A DNA stretch of 64,000 nt from Bacteroidota bacterium (GTDB lineage: Bacteria; Bacteroidota; Bacteroidia; Chitinophagales; Saprospiraceae): NCBI GenBank assembly GCA_017857395.1, contig JAFMDF010000014.1, forward strand, positions 875 to 64,874, read 5' to 3'. This document shows, piece after piece, positions 26,640-35,276 of the stretch (position 1 is the stretch's first letter; every line of letters begins with the position of its first letter). The position numbers and the translations under genes are program-made. The notes under the pieces were generated by a model. The model was not told the origin of the DNA. It did no database searches and saw only the letters and a list, made by a program, of their open reading frames with translations.

Positions 26640-26749
26640 CGGAGCGATGCTCCTTAGAGAAAAGCTAAAAAATGAATAAGTCTACAGACAGTTTCGGAGC
26701 GATGCTCCTTAGTTTTGCCAAAAGAGCATCGCTCTGACTCTGTCTGTAG
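26640..26749. repeat. Structured intergenic repeat (18-bp direct repeat plus a ~68-nt hairpin)
   Basis: CGGAGCGATGCTCCTTAG occurs at 26640-26657 and again at 26695-26712 (perfect). CTACAGACAG (26682-26691) pairs with CTGTCTGTAG (26740-26749). The inner GGAGCGATGCTCC and AGAGCATCGCTCT are each self-palindromic. Confidence 0.7.
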
Positions 26750-26874
26750 CAGAATGTGCTAAAGGATTTCCAAAGGAGCGTAGCTTCGACCCGAATAAAA
26801 TAGTTGACTTCGACTGGTCGCTATTTTTTTGTGGTTAATAACTGAAACTTAATAACCAGTTCATAATCAATATT

Positions 26875-27573
26875 ATGCGACCAAACTTATATCTTTTAGT
26901 ACTCTTTTTATTATCCTCCTCATGCAACTCAAACATGAAATCCTACACCGTAAAAAAAATAAAACAAACCATAGAAATAACAGGCAAAGGAACAGATAAT
27001 ACATGGCAAAAAGCCAATGAATTAACGGATTTTTCCTATCCTTGGCGCAAAGAAACCGCTCCACAAACGAGTTTTAAAGCCTTATATAATGAGACCCATC
27101 TCTATTTTTTATACCGAGCAACAGACCCCGATATTATCACCAAAGAAAGAGGTTTAGGAGAAAGAGATGCCGTAGATTCTGACCGAGTAGAAATCTTTTT
27201 TAAAGCCAATGACGAAATGAATCCTTATTATGCTTTAGAAATGGATGCTTTAGGAAGGGTGCTAGATACAGAGGCTAGATTTCACCGAAATATAGACTAT
27301 GACTGGGATTGGCCAGAAGGACAGCTACTACTAAAAGCCTCAACGGATTCAAAAGGCTATTGGGTAGAAGGCAGTATTTCTTTCCAGTCCTTGCGCCAAT
27401 TAGGGATGTATAAAGACGATAATATTTTAAAAGCAGGGCTTTACCGAGGGGAATATGTGACTTTACCAAATGGCAAGGTTGATACTAAATGGATTAGCTG
27501 GGTGATGCCAGATTCAGAAGAACCTGATTTTCATATTCCCTCTTCTTTTGGTATCTTAAAATTAGCAAAGTAA
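26875..27573 (+). CDS. Carbohydrate-binding family 9-like (CBM9/DOMON-like) lipoprotein
   Basis: 232-aa ORF with lipoprotein signal LLSSSCNS. WQKANELTDF, KALYNETHLYFLYRATD and DSDRVEIFF fit the CBM9-like pattern as I remember it. Confidence 0.5.
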   Translation: MRPNLYLLVLFLLSSSCNSNMKSYTVKKIKQTIEITGKGTDNTWQKANELTDFSYPWRKETAPQTSFKALYNETHLYFLYRATDPDIITKERGLGERDAVDSDRVEIFFKANDEMNPYYALEMDALGRVLDTEARFHRNIDYDWDWPEGQLLLKASTDSKGYWVEGSISFQSLRQLGMYKDDNILKAGLYRGEYVTLPNGKVDTKWISWVMPDSEEPDFHIPSSFGILKLAK

Positions 27574-27636
27574 CTGTAGATGGATTGTCTAGCAATCAAA
27601 CAATCTTAACAATCAAACAATTTTTCAATCTTTTAG

Positions 27637-29106
27637 ATGACTAACTTTAATTGGTACATAGACGGCAGCATCGTTATAATTTATCTTATCGCCATCATTG
27701 CGGTAGGTTTATGGATGCGCCGTTTTGTGCATAATGTATCGGATTATTTAGTGGCTGGCCGAAAAGTAGATTTATATTTAGGAATCGCCTCTTTAGCTGC
27801 GACCGAATTTGGCATTGTGACTTGTATGGCGAATGCACAGTTGGGTTATAAATATGGATTTTCGGGCATCACGCCAGGCATCGCTTTAGCCTTAGCGGTG
27901 TTTATAGTGGGCTGGACAGGCTTTTGTATCAAACCGCTGCGAGAACAATCGGTCATTACCTTACCGGAATTATTTGATAAAAAATTTGGACAAAAAGTTA
28001 GATGGGCAAGTGGCGTCGTCATCGTTTTAGGTGGATTGTTGAATATGGGCGTTTTCCTTAGAATGGCAGGTGATTTTTTGACCGAAGTTACAGGTATTGA
28101 TACCCAATACTTAGAAATATTAATGACAGGCTTATTGATAATAGTTGCCATTTATACCATTTTAGGTGGGATGTTGTCGGTTTTAGTCACGGATTATTTT
28201 CAGTTTATCCTTTTGAGTATTGGACTATTAGCCGTTACCGCTATTTGTTTTTATGAATTTGGTTGGAATGAATTGACCTTACATTTAGAAACAGCTTATG
28301 GAGAAAAAGCTTTCAATCCATTCTACCAAGGAACGTATGGTCTGGATAGAATTGCCTTAGATTTACTAGTCGCTTTTGCATCTGTACTAACTTGGCAAAC
28401 CATGCTTAGTCGAGTATTATCTGCAAAAGATGTTACTACAGGACAAAGAATATATATGGGAACAGCTCCCTTCTTTTTAGTGCGTTTTGCACTTCCCGCT
28501 TTCTTAGGGATAGCGGCCTTTTACTATTTTTCCCAAACAGGCAATGCCCCTGAAAGAGAAATCATGGCATTGCCAACCTTCATTGGAGCGATAGTACCTG
28601 TCGGTTTAATAGGCCTTTTGATTGCAGGAATGTTAGCAGCAGATATGTCCACCAATTCTTCCTATTTACTCGCTTGGAGTTCGGTGATTTATAATGACGT
28701 TTTAGCACCCGTACACAAACACCAATGGTCTACTAAAAAAGCTTTGTTGGTCAACCGATTTTTAGTGGCTGGCATCGGAATTTTTTTACTACTTTATGGT
28801 TTATGGTATCCGTTAAAAGGAGATTTATGGGTATATTTACAGGTAACGGGCACGATTTATCTAGCAAGTATGTCCGTCATTTTAATAGCCGTTTGCTACT
28901 GGGAAAAAGCTAATGATTGGGGCGCAATGGCAGCAATTATTGTGGGAAGTGCCATTCCTATTACCTTTTTAATATTCCAGGAATTGGACAGTACCAAGGA
29001 ATTAGCAGCTAGTATTGGCCCTTATAAATCAGGGGTCGCTACCTATTTTTTGACGGCTTTGGCAATGATTATAGGATCATTTGCAAAGCGGATGCTTAAG
29101 CCGTAA
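27637..29106 (+). CDS. Sodium:solute symporter (SSS) family transporter
   Basis: 489-aa polytopic membrane protein with roughly 13 hydrophobic segments. The N-terminal SDYLVAGRKV motif is typical of the SSS family. Confidence 0.85.
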   Translation: MTNFNWYIDGSIVIIYLIAIIAVGLWMRRFVHNVSDYLVAGRKVDLYLGIASLAATEFGIVTCMANAQLGYKYGFSGITPGIALALAVFIVGWTGFCIKPLREQSVITLPELFDKKFGQKVRWASGVVIVLGGLLNMGVFLRMAGDFLTEVTGIDTQYLEILMTGLLIIVAIYTILGGMLSVLVTDYFQFILLSIGLLAVTAICFYEFGWNELTLHLETAYGEKAFNPFYQGTYGLDRIALDLLVAFASVLTWQTMLSRVLSAKDVTTGQRIYMGTAPFFLVRFALPAFLGIAAFYYFSQTGNAPEREIMALPTFIGAIVPVGLIGLLIAGMLAADMSTNSSYLLAWSSVIYNDVLAPVHKHQWSTKKALLVNRFLVAGIGIFLLLYGLWYPLKGDLWVYLQVTGTIYLASMSVILIAVCYWEKANDWGAMAAIIVGSAIPITFLIFQELDSTKELAASIGPYKSGVATYFLTALAMIIGSFAKRMLKP

Positions 29107-29253
29107 GTAGAAAATTTAGTGAATTAAGAATCTGTTTTAAGACAGGACTAAAATTTATAAAACTTTAATGTTTTATAAATGTGATTAAAAATAATGGCAG
29201 GCGAGTTTACTCAATCTTGTCCAATCGTTTAATTCCGCCAACTATTAACCTTA

Positions 29254-30015
29254 ATGATTATGATAACTAGATTTTTAAACCAAATTGCCATCGTAACTGG
29301 TGGTGCAAGAGGCATTGGCAAAGGTATTGCGGAAAGACTGGCAAAAGAAGGCGCAATAGTTTATATTTTTGATATTCGAGCAAAAGAGTTGAAGAAAACA
29401 GTCGCCAAATTTAAGTCCCAAAAATTAACAATTAAGGGTCAAATAATAGACATTACTAAAGAAAAACAAATCAAAAAAGGAATCCAAAAAATCACCAAAA
29501 AACATCAGCGATTGGACATTATGGTCAATTGCGCAGGAATTGTTGGTGGAACAGGTAATAAAATAGTGGATTATATCACGAAAACCTTTGAAAAAACAAT
29601 TGCTATTAATTTAACAGGTGCATTTTTATTGACTAAATACTGTATTCCCTCGATGTTGAAAAATAACTATGGACGCATCATTCACCTAACGTCAATTGGA
29701 GGCAAAGATGGTAACCCTAATATGGTTGGCTATGCTGCCAGTAAAGCAGGTTTATTCGGTTTGATAAAGGGCGTTGGGAAAGAATATGCAGCAACAGGAA
29801 TTACCGTCAATGGTATTGCCCCTGCCGTAATAGCAACCGACTTGAATGAAAATACAGACCCTAAAGTATTACAATACATGATAGATAAAATCCCGATGAA
29901 AAGATTGGGAACGGTTAAAGAAGTAGCTGCCTTATGCTGCTGGATAGCCTCCGAAGAAGCTAGTTTTAATACTGGATTTGTCTTTGATTTATCAGGAGGG
30001 AGAGCGACTTATTAA
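29254..30015 (+). CDS. SDR-family oxidoreductase (3-oxoacyl-ACP reductase-like)
   Basis: 253-aa ORF with IVTGGARGIGKGIA, NCAG and S...YAASKAG motifs. Confidence 0.85.
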   Translation: MIMITRFLNQIAIVTGGARGIGKGIAERLAKEGAIVYIFDIRAKELKKTVAKFKSQKLTIKGQIIDITKEKQIKKGIQKITKKHQRLDIMVNCAGIVGGTGNKIVDYITKTFEKTIAINLTGAFLLTKYCIPSMLKNNYGRIIHLTSIGGKDGNPNMVGYAASKAGLFGLIKGVGKEYAATGITVNGIAPAVIATDLNENTDPKVLQYMIDKIPMKRLGTVKEVAALCCWIASEEASFNTGFVFDLSGGRATY

Positions 30016-30067
30016 GGATTGAAGGTATTAATTAGCCAATTTTTTTTCACCTAAAATAAAAAGCATT

Positions 30068-31468
30068 ATGCCCCATACTAATCGTCGTAATTTTTTAAAA
30101 CTGTCCGCTTTTACTAGCGCATTTTTAGGCTTGCCTTTAGCGGATACTTATGCTAGAGCGACTATCGAAGAAAAACTAGCAAGCATTCGAGCAACTAAAT
30201 TGGCTCAAGGCAATTCTGTCATGGGACTTAAAGTTGCTCCAATTGAACAAGTAAAAGTAGCAATTATCGGTTTGGGTAATCGAGGGCCTGGACATTTGAA
30301 CCATTTACTATCCATGCCCTCCAAAGCAAAAGTTACGGCTATTTGTGATATTAGAAAAGAACGGACGGACAAAGCCATGGAAATCTTAAAAAAGCACAAT
30401 CAGCAACCAGCAGTTTATTCGGGAACAGTAGATGCGTGGAAAGAAATGGTGCAAAGAGCGGATATAGATTTAGTCATTATTGCGACTCCTTGGGAAGAAC
30501 ATGTGAGAATGGGCGTTTACGCTATGCAGCAAGGCAAACATGTTGCTATTGAAGTGCCGATTGCCACCACTTTAGCAGGTTGTTGGCAATTGGTGGATAC
30601 TGCCGAGGCGACACAGCGGAATTGCATGATGATGGAAAATACCTGTTATGGTGATGAAGAATTGTGGATTTTGAACATGGTGGAAAAAGGTATTTTTGGA
30701 ACATTAACCTATGCCGAAGGTGCGTACATCCACGATTTAAAAGAATCCATGTTCAGCAAAACCCGCTACTATAATCAATTTAGAATTCGACACCATATTC
30801 GACAAGATGGTAACCTTTATCCAACGCATGGCTTAGGACCAGTTGCCCAATATTTAGGCATCGAAAGAGGCGACCGATTTAATAAAATGGTGTCTATGAG
30901 TTCTTTACAAGCAGGTTTAACCGAACATAGTTTAACAGTAGAAGGAGATAGTGAATTTTATAATCAAACCGATTTTGTGCATGGAGACATGAATAATTCC
31001 TTGATAAAAACGGAAATGGGGAGGACTATTTTGGTTCAACACGATGTTGTCACGCCCCGACCTTATAGCCGAATCAATGCTTTAGCTGGTACAAAAGCTT
31101 ATCACGAAGGCTATCCCAGTCGCTTATCGTTAAATTCGGTTGGTGGTGGTCATCATTGGTTGGAAGAAAAAGACTATGAAGCGATGCGAACTAAATATCG
31201 ACATCCAATCTGGGCTAAACTAAAAAAAGAAATCGAACAAAATGGCGGTCATGGAGGAATGGATTTTGTGCAAATGTATCGCCTCATTGATTGTCTGAAT
31301 CGAGGATTACCTTTGGATATGGATGTGTATGATGGCGTAGATTGGTCGGTTGTCATGCCCCTTTCAAAAGTATCAACAGAGTTAGGCAGTATTCCAATAG
31401 ATTTTCCTGATTTTACCAGAGGAAAATGGAAAGGTAAACGACCTCATGGGATTATGGCTAATCTGTAG
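30068..31468 (+). CDS. Gfo/Idh/MocA-family oxidoreductase with Tat signal (GH109-like architecture)
   Basis: 466-aa ORF with a twin-arginine signal (HTNRRNFLKLSAFTSAFLG) and a Rossmann motif (VAIIGLGNRGPGH). Its size and Tat signal resemble NAD-dependent GH109-type enzymes. Confidence 0.75.
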   Translation: MPHTNRRNFLKLSAFTSAFLGLPLADTYARATIEEKLASIRATKLAQGNSVMGLKVAPIEQVKVAIIGLGNRGPGHLNHLLSMPSKAKVTAICDIRKERTDKAMEILKKHNQQPAVYSGTVDAWKEMVQRADIDLVIIATPWEEHVRMGVYAMQQGKHVAIEVPIATTLAGCWQLVDTAEATQRNCMMMENTCYGDEELWILNMVEKGIFGTLTYAEGAYIHDLKESMFSKTRYYNQFRIRHHIRQDGNLYPTHGLGPVAQYLGIERGDRFNKMVSMSSLQAGLTEHSLTVEGDSEFYNQTDFVHGDMNNSLIKTEMGRTILVQHDVVTPRPYSRINALAGTKAYHEGYPSRLSLNSVGGGHHWLEEKDYEAMRTKYRHPIWAKLKKEIEQNGGHGGMDFVQMYRLIDCLNRGLPLDMDVYDGVDWSVVMPLSKVSTELGSIPIDFPDFTRGKWKGKRPHGIMANL

Positions 31469-31520
31469 TTGATGCAGCTTAATTTTATCAATAATCCTCA
31501 ATGAATTGTAACTATTTAGC

Positions 31521-31657
31521 TTAGGGCAAGAGGCGTAGGGCAAAGGGTTAACCTACTAATAATAGAAAGATTTTTTGGACCTAAATCTTGAAAATTTTCA
31601 TTTGTATGCTGTCGTATTTCCCTCCGCCCCTTGCTCTATGCTCTTTGCTCTTTGCTG
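31521..31657. repeat. Imperfect low-complexity inverted repeat related to the 16.6-kb element
   Basis: The left arm TTAGGGCAAGAGGCGTAGGGCAAAGGGTTAACC (31521-31553) shares AAGGGTTAACC with 16666-16676. The right arm CCCTCCGCCCCTTGCTCTATGCTCTTTGCTCTTTGCTG (31620-31657) pairs about 14/17 with the left arm. It also shares CTCTATGCTCT with 47537-47547. Confidence 0.5.
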
Positions 31658-31709
31658 AATAAATTTATCAGTACTGCGTTTTCATGCTTTAAAATTTTGA
31701 TAATTGCTT

Positions 31710-32687
31710 ATGAAAAGACGAACCTTTATCCATAAAAGCAGCCTTGCTGGAACAGGAGTTTGTTTAGCTCTTTCCCTAATTACCCGACAACAGGAATCAC
31801 CTATAAAGGTGGGAGTTATTGGATTGGATACGTCCCATTCTGTAGCTTTTACGAAAGTTATAAATGCTGAATCAACTGGTTTTAAAGTAAGCCACGCTTA
31901 TCCTAATGGAAGTAAGGATATTGAGTCAAGTGTTAGTCGAATTCCAAAATATACGCAAGAAATGAAGGCTTTAGGCGTAACTATTGCGCCTTCCATCGAT
32001 GCCCTTTTGGCAGAAGTAGAAGTCGTTTTATTAGAAACGAATGATGGGCGACTACACTTGGAACAAGCGAAAGCCATCATTGCCGCCAAGAAACCCTTAT
32101 TTATTGATAAACCAATGGCGGCTAGTTTAAAAGATGTCGTGACTATTTTCGACTTAGCGAAAAAGCATCAGGTACCTATTTTTTCATCCTCTTCTCTGCG
32201 CTTTTCTCCTTCTATGCAAGCCATTAAAGCGGGTAAAGTTGGCGAAGTGATAGGCGCAGCTACCTTTTCTCCAGCGACCATCGAAAAGACACATCCTGAT
32301 TTATTTTGGTATGGCATTCACGGTATAGAAGCGCTGTTTACCTTGATGGGAACGGGTTGTAAAAGTGTTCGACGGACTTTTTCTAAAGGTACAGATATAG
32401 TCGTCGGTGAATGGAGAGATGGTAGAATTGGAACTTTTAGAGGCTTGCGCAATGGAAAAACGAGCTATGGCGGTAGGGTATTTGGGACAGAAGGTATTAG
32501 CGAAGCGGGTATTTATGAAGGGTATGAACATTTAGTTAAGGAAATTATGCAGTTTTTTAAGACGGGTATTCCACCTGTAACGGCTGCCGAGACTATCGAA
32601 ATTTTTGCTTTTATGGAAGCCGCAGAACTTAGTAAAAAACGAAAAGGGAAAGTGGTCAGTTTAGCAAGAGTCTTGAAGAAAGTTTAA
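31710..32687 (+). CDS. Gfo/Idh/MocA-family oxidoreductase with Tat-like signal
   Basis: ATG at 31710 (MKRRTFIHKSSLAGTGVCLA). It has a Rossmann start (IKVGVIGLDTSH) and a LFIDKPMA motif. Confidence 0.75.
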   Translation: MKRRTFIHKSSLAGTGVCLALSLITRQQESPIKVGVIGLDTSHSVAFTKVINAESTGFKVSHAYPNGSKDIESSVSRIPKYTQEMKALGVTIAPSIDALLAEVEVVLLETNDGRLHLEQAKAIIAAKKPLFIDKPMAASLKDVVTIFDLAKKHQVPIFSSSSLRFSPSMQAIKAGKVGEVIGAATFSPATIEKTHPDLFWYGIHGIEALFTLMGTGCKSVRRTFSKGTDIVVGEWRDGRIGTFRGLRNGKTSYGGRVFGTEGISEAGIYEGYEHLVKEIMQFFKTGIPPVTAAETIEIFAFMEAAELSKKRKGKVVSLARVLKKV

Positions 32688-32820
32688 TCAGGTGTCAGGA
32701 GGGCAGCAAAATCATAAATCTTAAATCATAAATCCACCTAGTTCTTACGTGACAGACCTGCCAGTTCCATTCAGGCGGGTTTATGATTTGCAAAACCCAA
32801 TCTACTTAAATTATACAATT

Positions 32821-34167
32821 ATGAAAAACACCATATCTCGTAGAAAATTCATTCAAGTCAATTCCATAGCAGGCGTAAGTTTAGCGGCAAGTCCCGTCCC
32901 CTTTTTTACCAATGGAATGCCGTCTAAAAAAATTACGGTAGCCGTGATGGGCATACGAGGCAGAGGGAATGCTTTAGCTAAGGTTTTTGCGAATCAACCC
33001 GATTGCGAAGTGGCTTATTTATGTGAGGTAGACGAACGCTATTATGAAAAAACGCTAAAAGAATTAGCGCCTTTTCAAAAGAAAAAACCTAAATTAGAAA
33101 AGGACATTCGGAAAGTATTAGCAGATAAATCGTTAGATGCTATCGTTATTGCTGCACCTGACCATTGGCATGCCCCAGCGGCTATTATGGCCTGTCAAGC
33201 AGGAAAGCATGTGTATGTGGAAAAACCCTGTAGTCACAATCCACGGGAAGGGGAATTACTGGTACAAGCTGCCAGAAAGTATAATAAAGTAGTGCAAATG
33301 GGTAACCAAAGACGTAGTTGGCCCAATGTACGAGCTTGTATTAAAGATTTACATGCAGGAATTATCGGTAATGTCTATTATGCTACGGCTTGGTATACTA
33401 ATACAAGGGAGTCTATAGGATATGGAAAAACAACGACTGCCCCCGATTATTTAGACTTTGATTTATGGCAAGGGCCAGCGCCTCGCCGCCCTTATCAAGA
33501 TAATTTACATCCTTATAATTGGCATTGGTTTTGGCATTGGGGAACGGGAGAAGCCTTGAATAATGGAACTCATTTTGTGGATTTGATGCGTTGGGGAATG
33601 CAGGTGGACTATCCCAAAAGAGTCGTTTCTATGGGTGGACGGTATCATTACCAAGACGATTGGCAAACCCCTGATACCCAAACGATTAATATTGAATTTG
33701 AAGCGAATAAAAGTATGAGTTGGGAAAGCAGAAGTTGTAATAGTTTACCAAAACATGGTTTTACAGCAGGTATTGTTTTTCATGGAGATGGAGGAAGTGT
33801 CCTTTTAGGAAGTGGCAATGCTTATACGGTGTATGATAATGACCGTCAACCTAAAATTATTAAAGAAGTAACAGCAGAAAGTAAGACTGCGGACCAACCC
33901 AATCAACGCAATACCCTTGGACCAGGCGCTTGGTTTGATGCGCCTCATGCGAATAACTTTTTACAAGCTATCCGAGAAGGCGAAACACTAAGGAGTGAAA
34001 TTGAAGGTGGCCATAAAAGCACCTTGCTTTGTCAATTAGGGAATATTGCTTATCGGACGGGTCGCTCTTTAAATATTGACCAACGTAATGGACATATTAT
34101 TGGCGATATGGAAGCTATGAAACTATGGACTCGAGAGTATGAGCCAGGCTGGGAAATTGTGGTTTAA
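32821..34167 (+). CDS. Gfo/Idh/MocA-family oxidoreductase with Tat signal
   Basis: ATG at 32821 (track start 32749) gives MKNTISRRKFIQVNSIAGVSLAA. Motifs ITVAVMGIRGRGN, DAIVIAAPDHWH and VYVEKPCSHN are present. Confidence 0.8.
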   Translation: MKNTISRRKFIQVNSIAGVSLAASPVPFFTNGMPSKKITVAVMGIRGRGNALAKVFANQPDCEVAYLCEVDERYYEKTLKELAPFQKKKPKLEKDIRKVLADKSLDAIVIAAPDHWHAPAAIMACQAGKHVYVEKPCSHNPREGELLVQAARKYNKVVQMGNQRRSWPNVRACIKDLHAGIIGNVYYATAWYTNTRESIGYGKTTTAPDYLDFDLWQGPAPRRPYQDNLHPYNWHWFWHWGTGEALNNGTHFVDLMRWGMQVDYPKRVVSMGGRYHYQDDWQTPDTQTINIEFEANKSMSWESRSCNSLPKHGFTAGIVFHGDGGSVLLGSGNAYTVYDNDRQPKIIKEVTAESKTADQPNQRNTLGPGAWFDAPHANNFLQAIREGETLRSEIEGGHKSTLLCQLGNIAYRTGRSLNIDQRNGHIIGDMEAMKLWTREYEPGWEIVV

Positions 34168-34229
34168 GAACGTGAAATAAATAATTTGACCACTCACTTA
34201 GCAGTGGTTTTACTTCAAAAAATAAAATT

Positions 34230-34355
34230 ATGGAACATTGGTTTTGGTTCGGGTTACTAGGCGTTACTATATTGTGGTACATCATTGTGACAATAGTAGT
34301 GGCTATTCGAGGAGGAAAAGATATTAAAGAAATGATAAGGCAATTAAAAAAATGA
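34230..34355 (+). CDS. Candidate small membrane protein (41 aa), below the ORF-track cutoff
   Basis: Hand translation gives MEHWFWFGLLGVTILWYIIVTIVVAIRGGKDIKEMIRQLKK. That is one clear TM helix followed by a basic tail. It lies in the same orientation as the flanking operon genes. Confidence 0.3.
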   Translation: MEHWFWFGLLGVTILWYIIVTIVVAIRGGKDIKEMIRQLKK

Positions 34356-34480
34356 GTCGTGTATTAAAAGAGTTGATGTTTGTAAGAAAAAATAATGTTG
34401 TATTAACCTCTGCGGACTCTGCCTCCTCTGCGTGCAAAATGTAAATTAACCACTTTAAGACACTACCAAAAAATGATACT

Positions 34481-35263
34481 ATGGCAAAAATATACTACGT
34501 AGGAGATTGGGCAATTCTAACAGGTCCAGTATTTGCAGAAAGCCCCTTTCAATTTGCGCCCAAAGGACTAGAAATTTTCAACTATGGCGTCTGGTTAAAA
34601 GATGCTTTAGAATCTTCAGGAGAACATACCGTTACTTCCGTTCCTTCTTGGGATTTTTATAAACTCGGTCCAGGGGAATTTGAACAAATTATTGAGGATT
34701 ATGACGTTTTGATTTTTAGTGATTTTGAAGGAAAATTATTACAATTAGCGCCCGATTTTTTTGATAGAAAAGAATTTGGAAAAGGCATTCTAACTTTTCC
34801 CGATAGAGCCAGATTAATTGTAGAAGCAGTCAAAAAAGGCAAACGCTGTATGTTTTTGGGTGGCTGGTATTCCTTTACAGGAGAGATTGGAAAAGGCGGT
34901 TGGGGAAGAACCTTATTAAGAGACATCTTACCTGTCAAATGTTTGCCGACGGAAGATTTAGTAGAAAGTACCGAAGGGTATTTCCCAAAATTGACTAAAA
35001 AAGGGAAAAAAGCTTTAAAGAACCTTGATTTAACAGACATTCCACCCATTTTAGGCTATAATGAAACAATTCCTATTCCAGAAGGAAAAGTATTAATGAC
35101 TTATAAAGAAACAGGGCATCCAATGTTAGTGACCAGAAAAGTGGGGAAAGGAAAAACTTTGGCTTATACTTCTGACCCTGCGCCGCATTGGGCAGCGAAT
35201 TTTGTATATTGGAAAGGCTATAATAATTTTTGGTTGGCTTGTTTGGATATATTGTTAAAATAA
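34481..35263 (+). CDS. Putative glutamine-amidotransferase-like protein (DUF1355/GATase1-like)
   Basis: 260-aa cytoplasmic ORF. The N-terminal KIYYVGDWAILTGPVF and DVLIFSD pattern resembles the class-I GATase-like DUF1355 family. Recalled from memory only. Confidence 0.4.
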   Translation: MAKIYYVGDWAILTGPVFAESPFQFAPKGLEIFNYGVWLKDALESSGEHTVTSVPSWDFYKLGPGEFEQIIEDYDVLIFSDFEGKLLQLAPDFFDRKEFGKGILTFPDRARLIVEAVKKGKRCMFLGGWYSFTGEIGKGGWGRTLLRDILPVKCLPTEDLVESTEGYFPKLTKKGKKALKNLDLTDIPPILGYNETIPIPEGKVLMTYKETGHPMLVTRKVGKGKTLAYTSDPAPHWAANFVYWKGYNNFWLACLDILLK

Positions 35264-35276
35264 AAATTTATACCAT

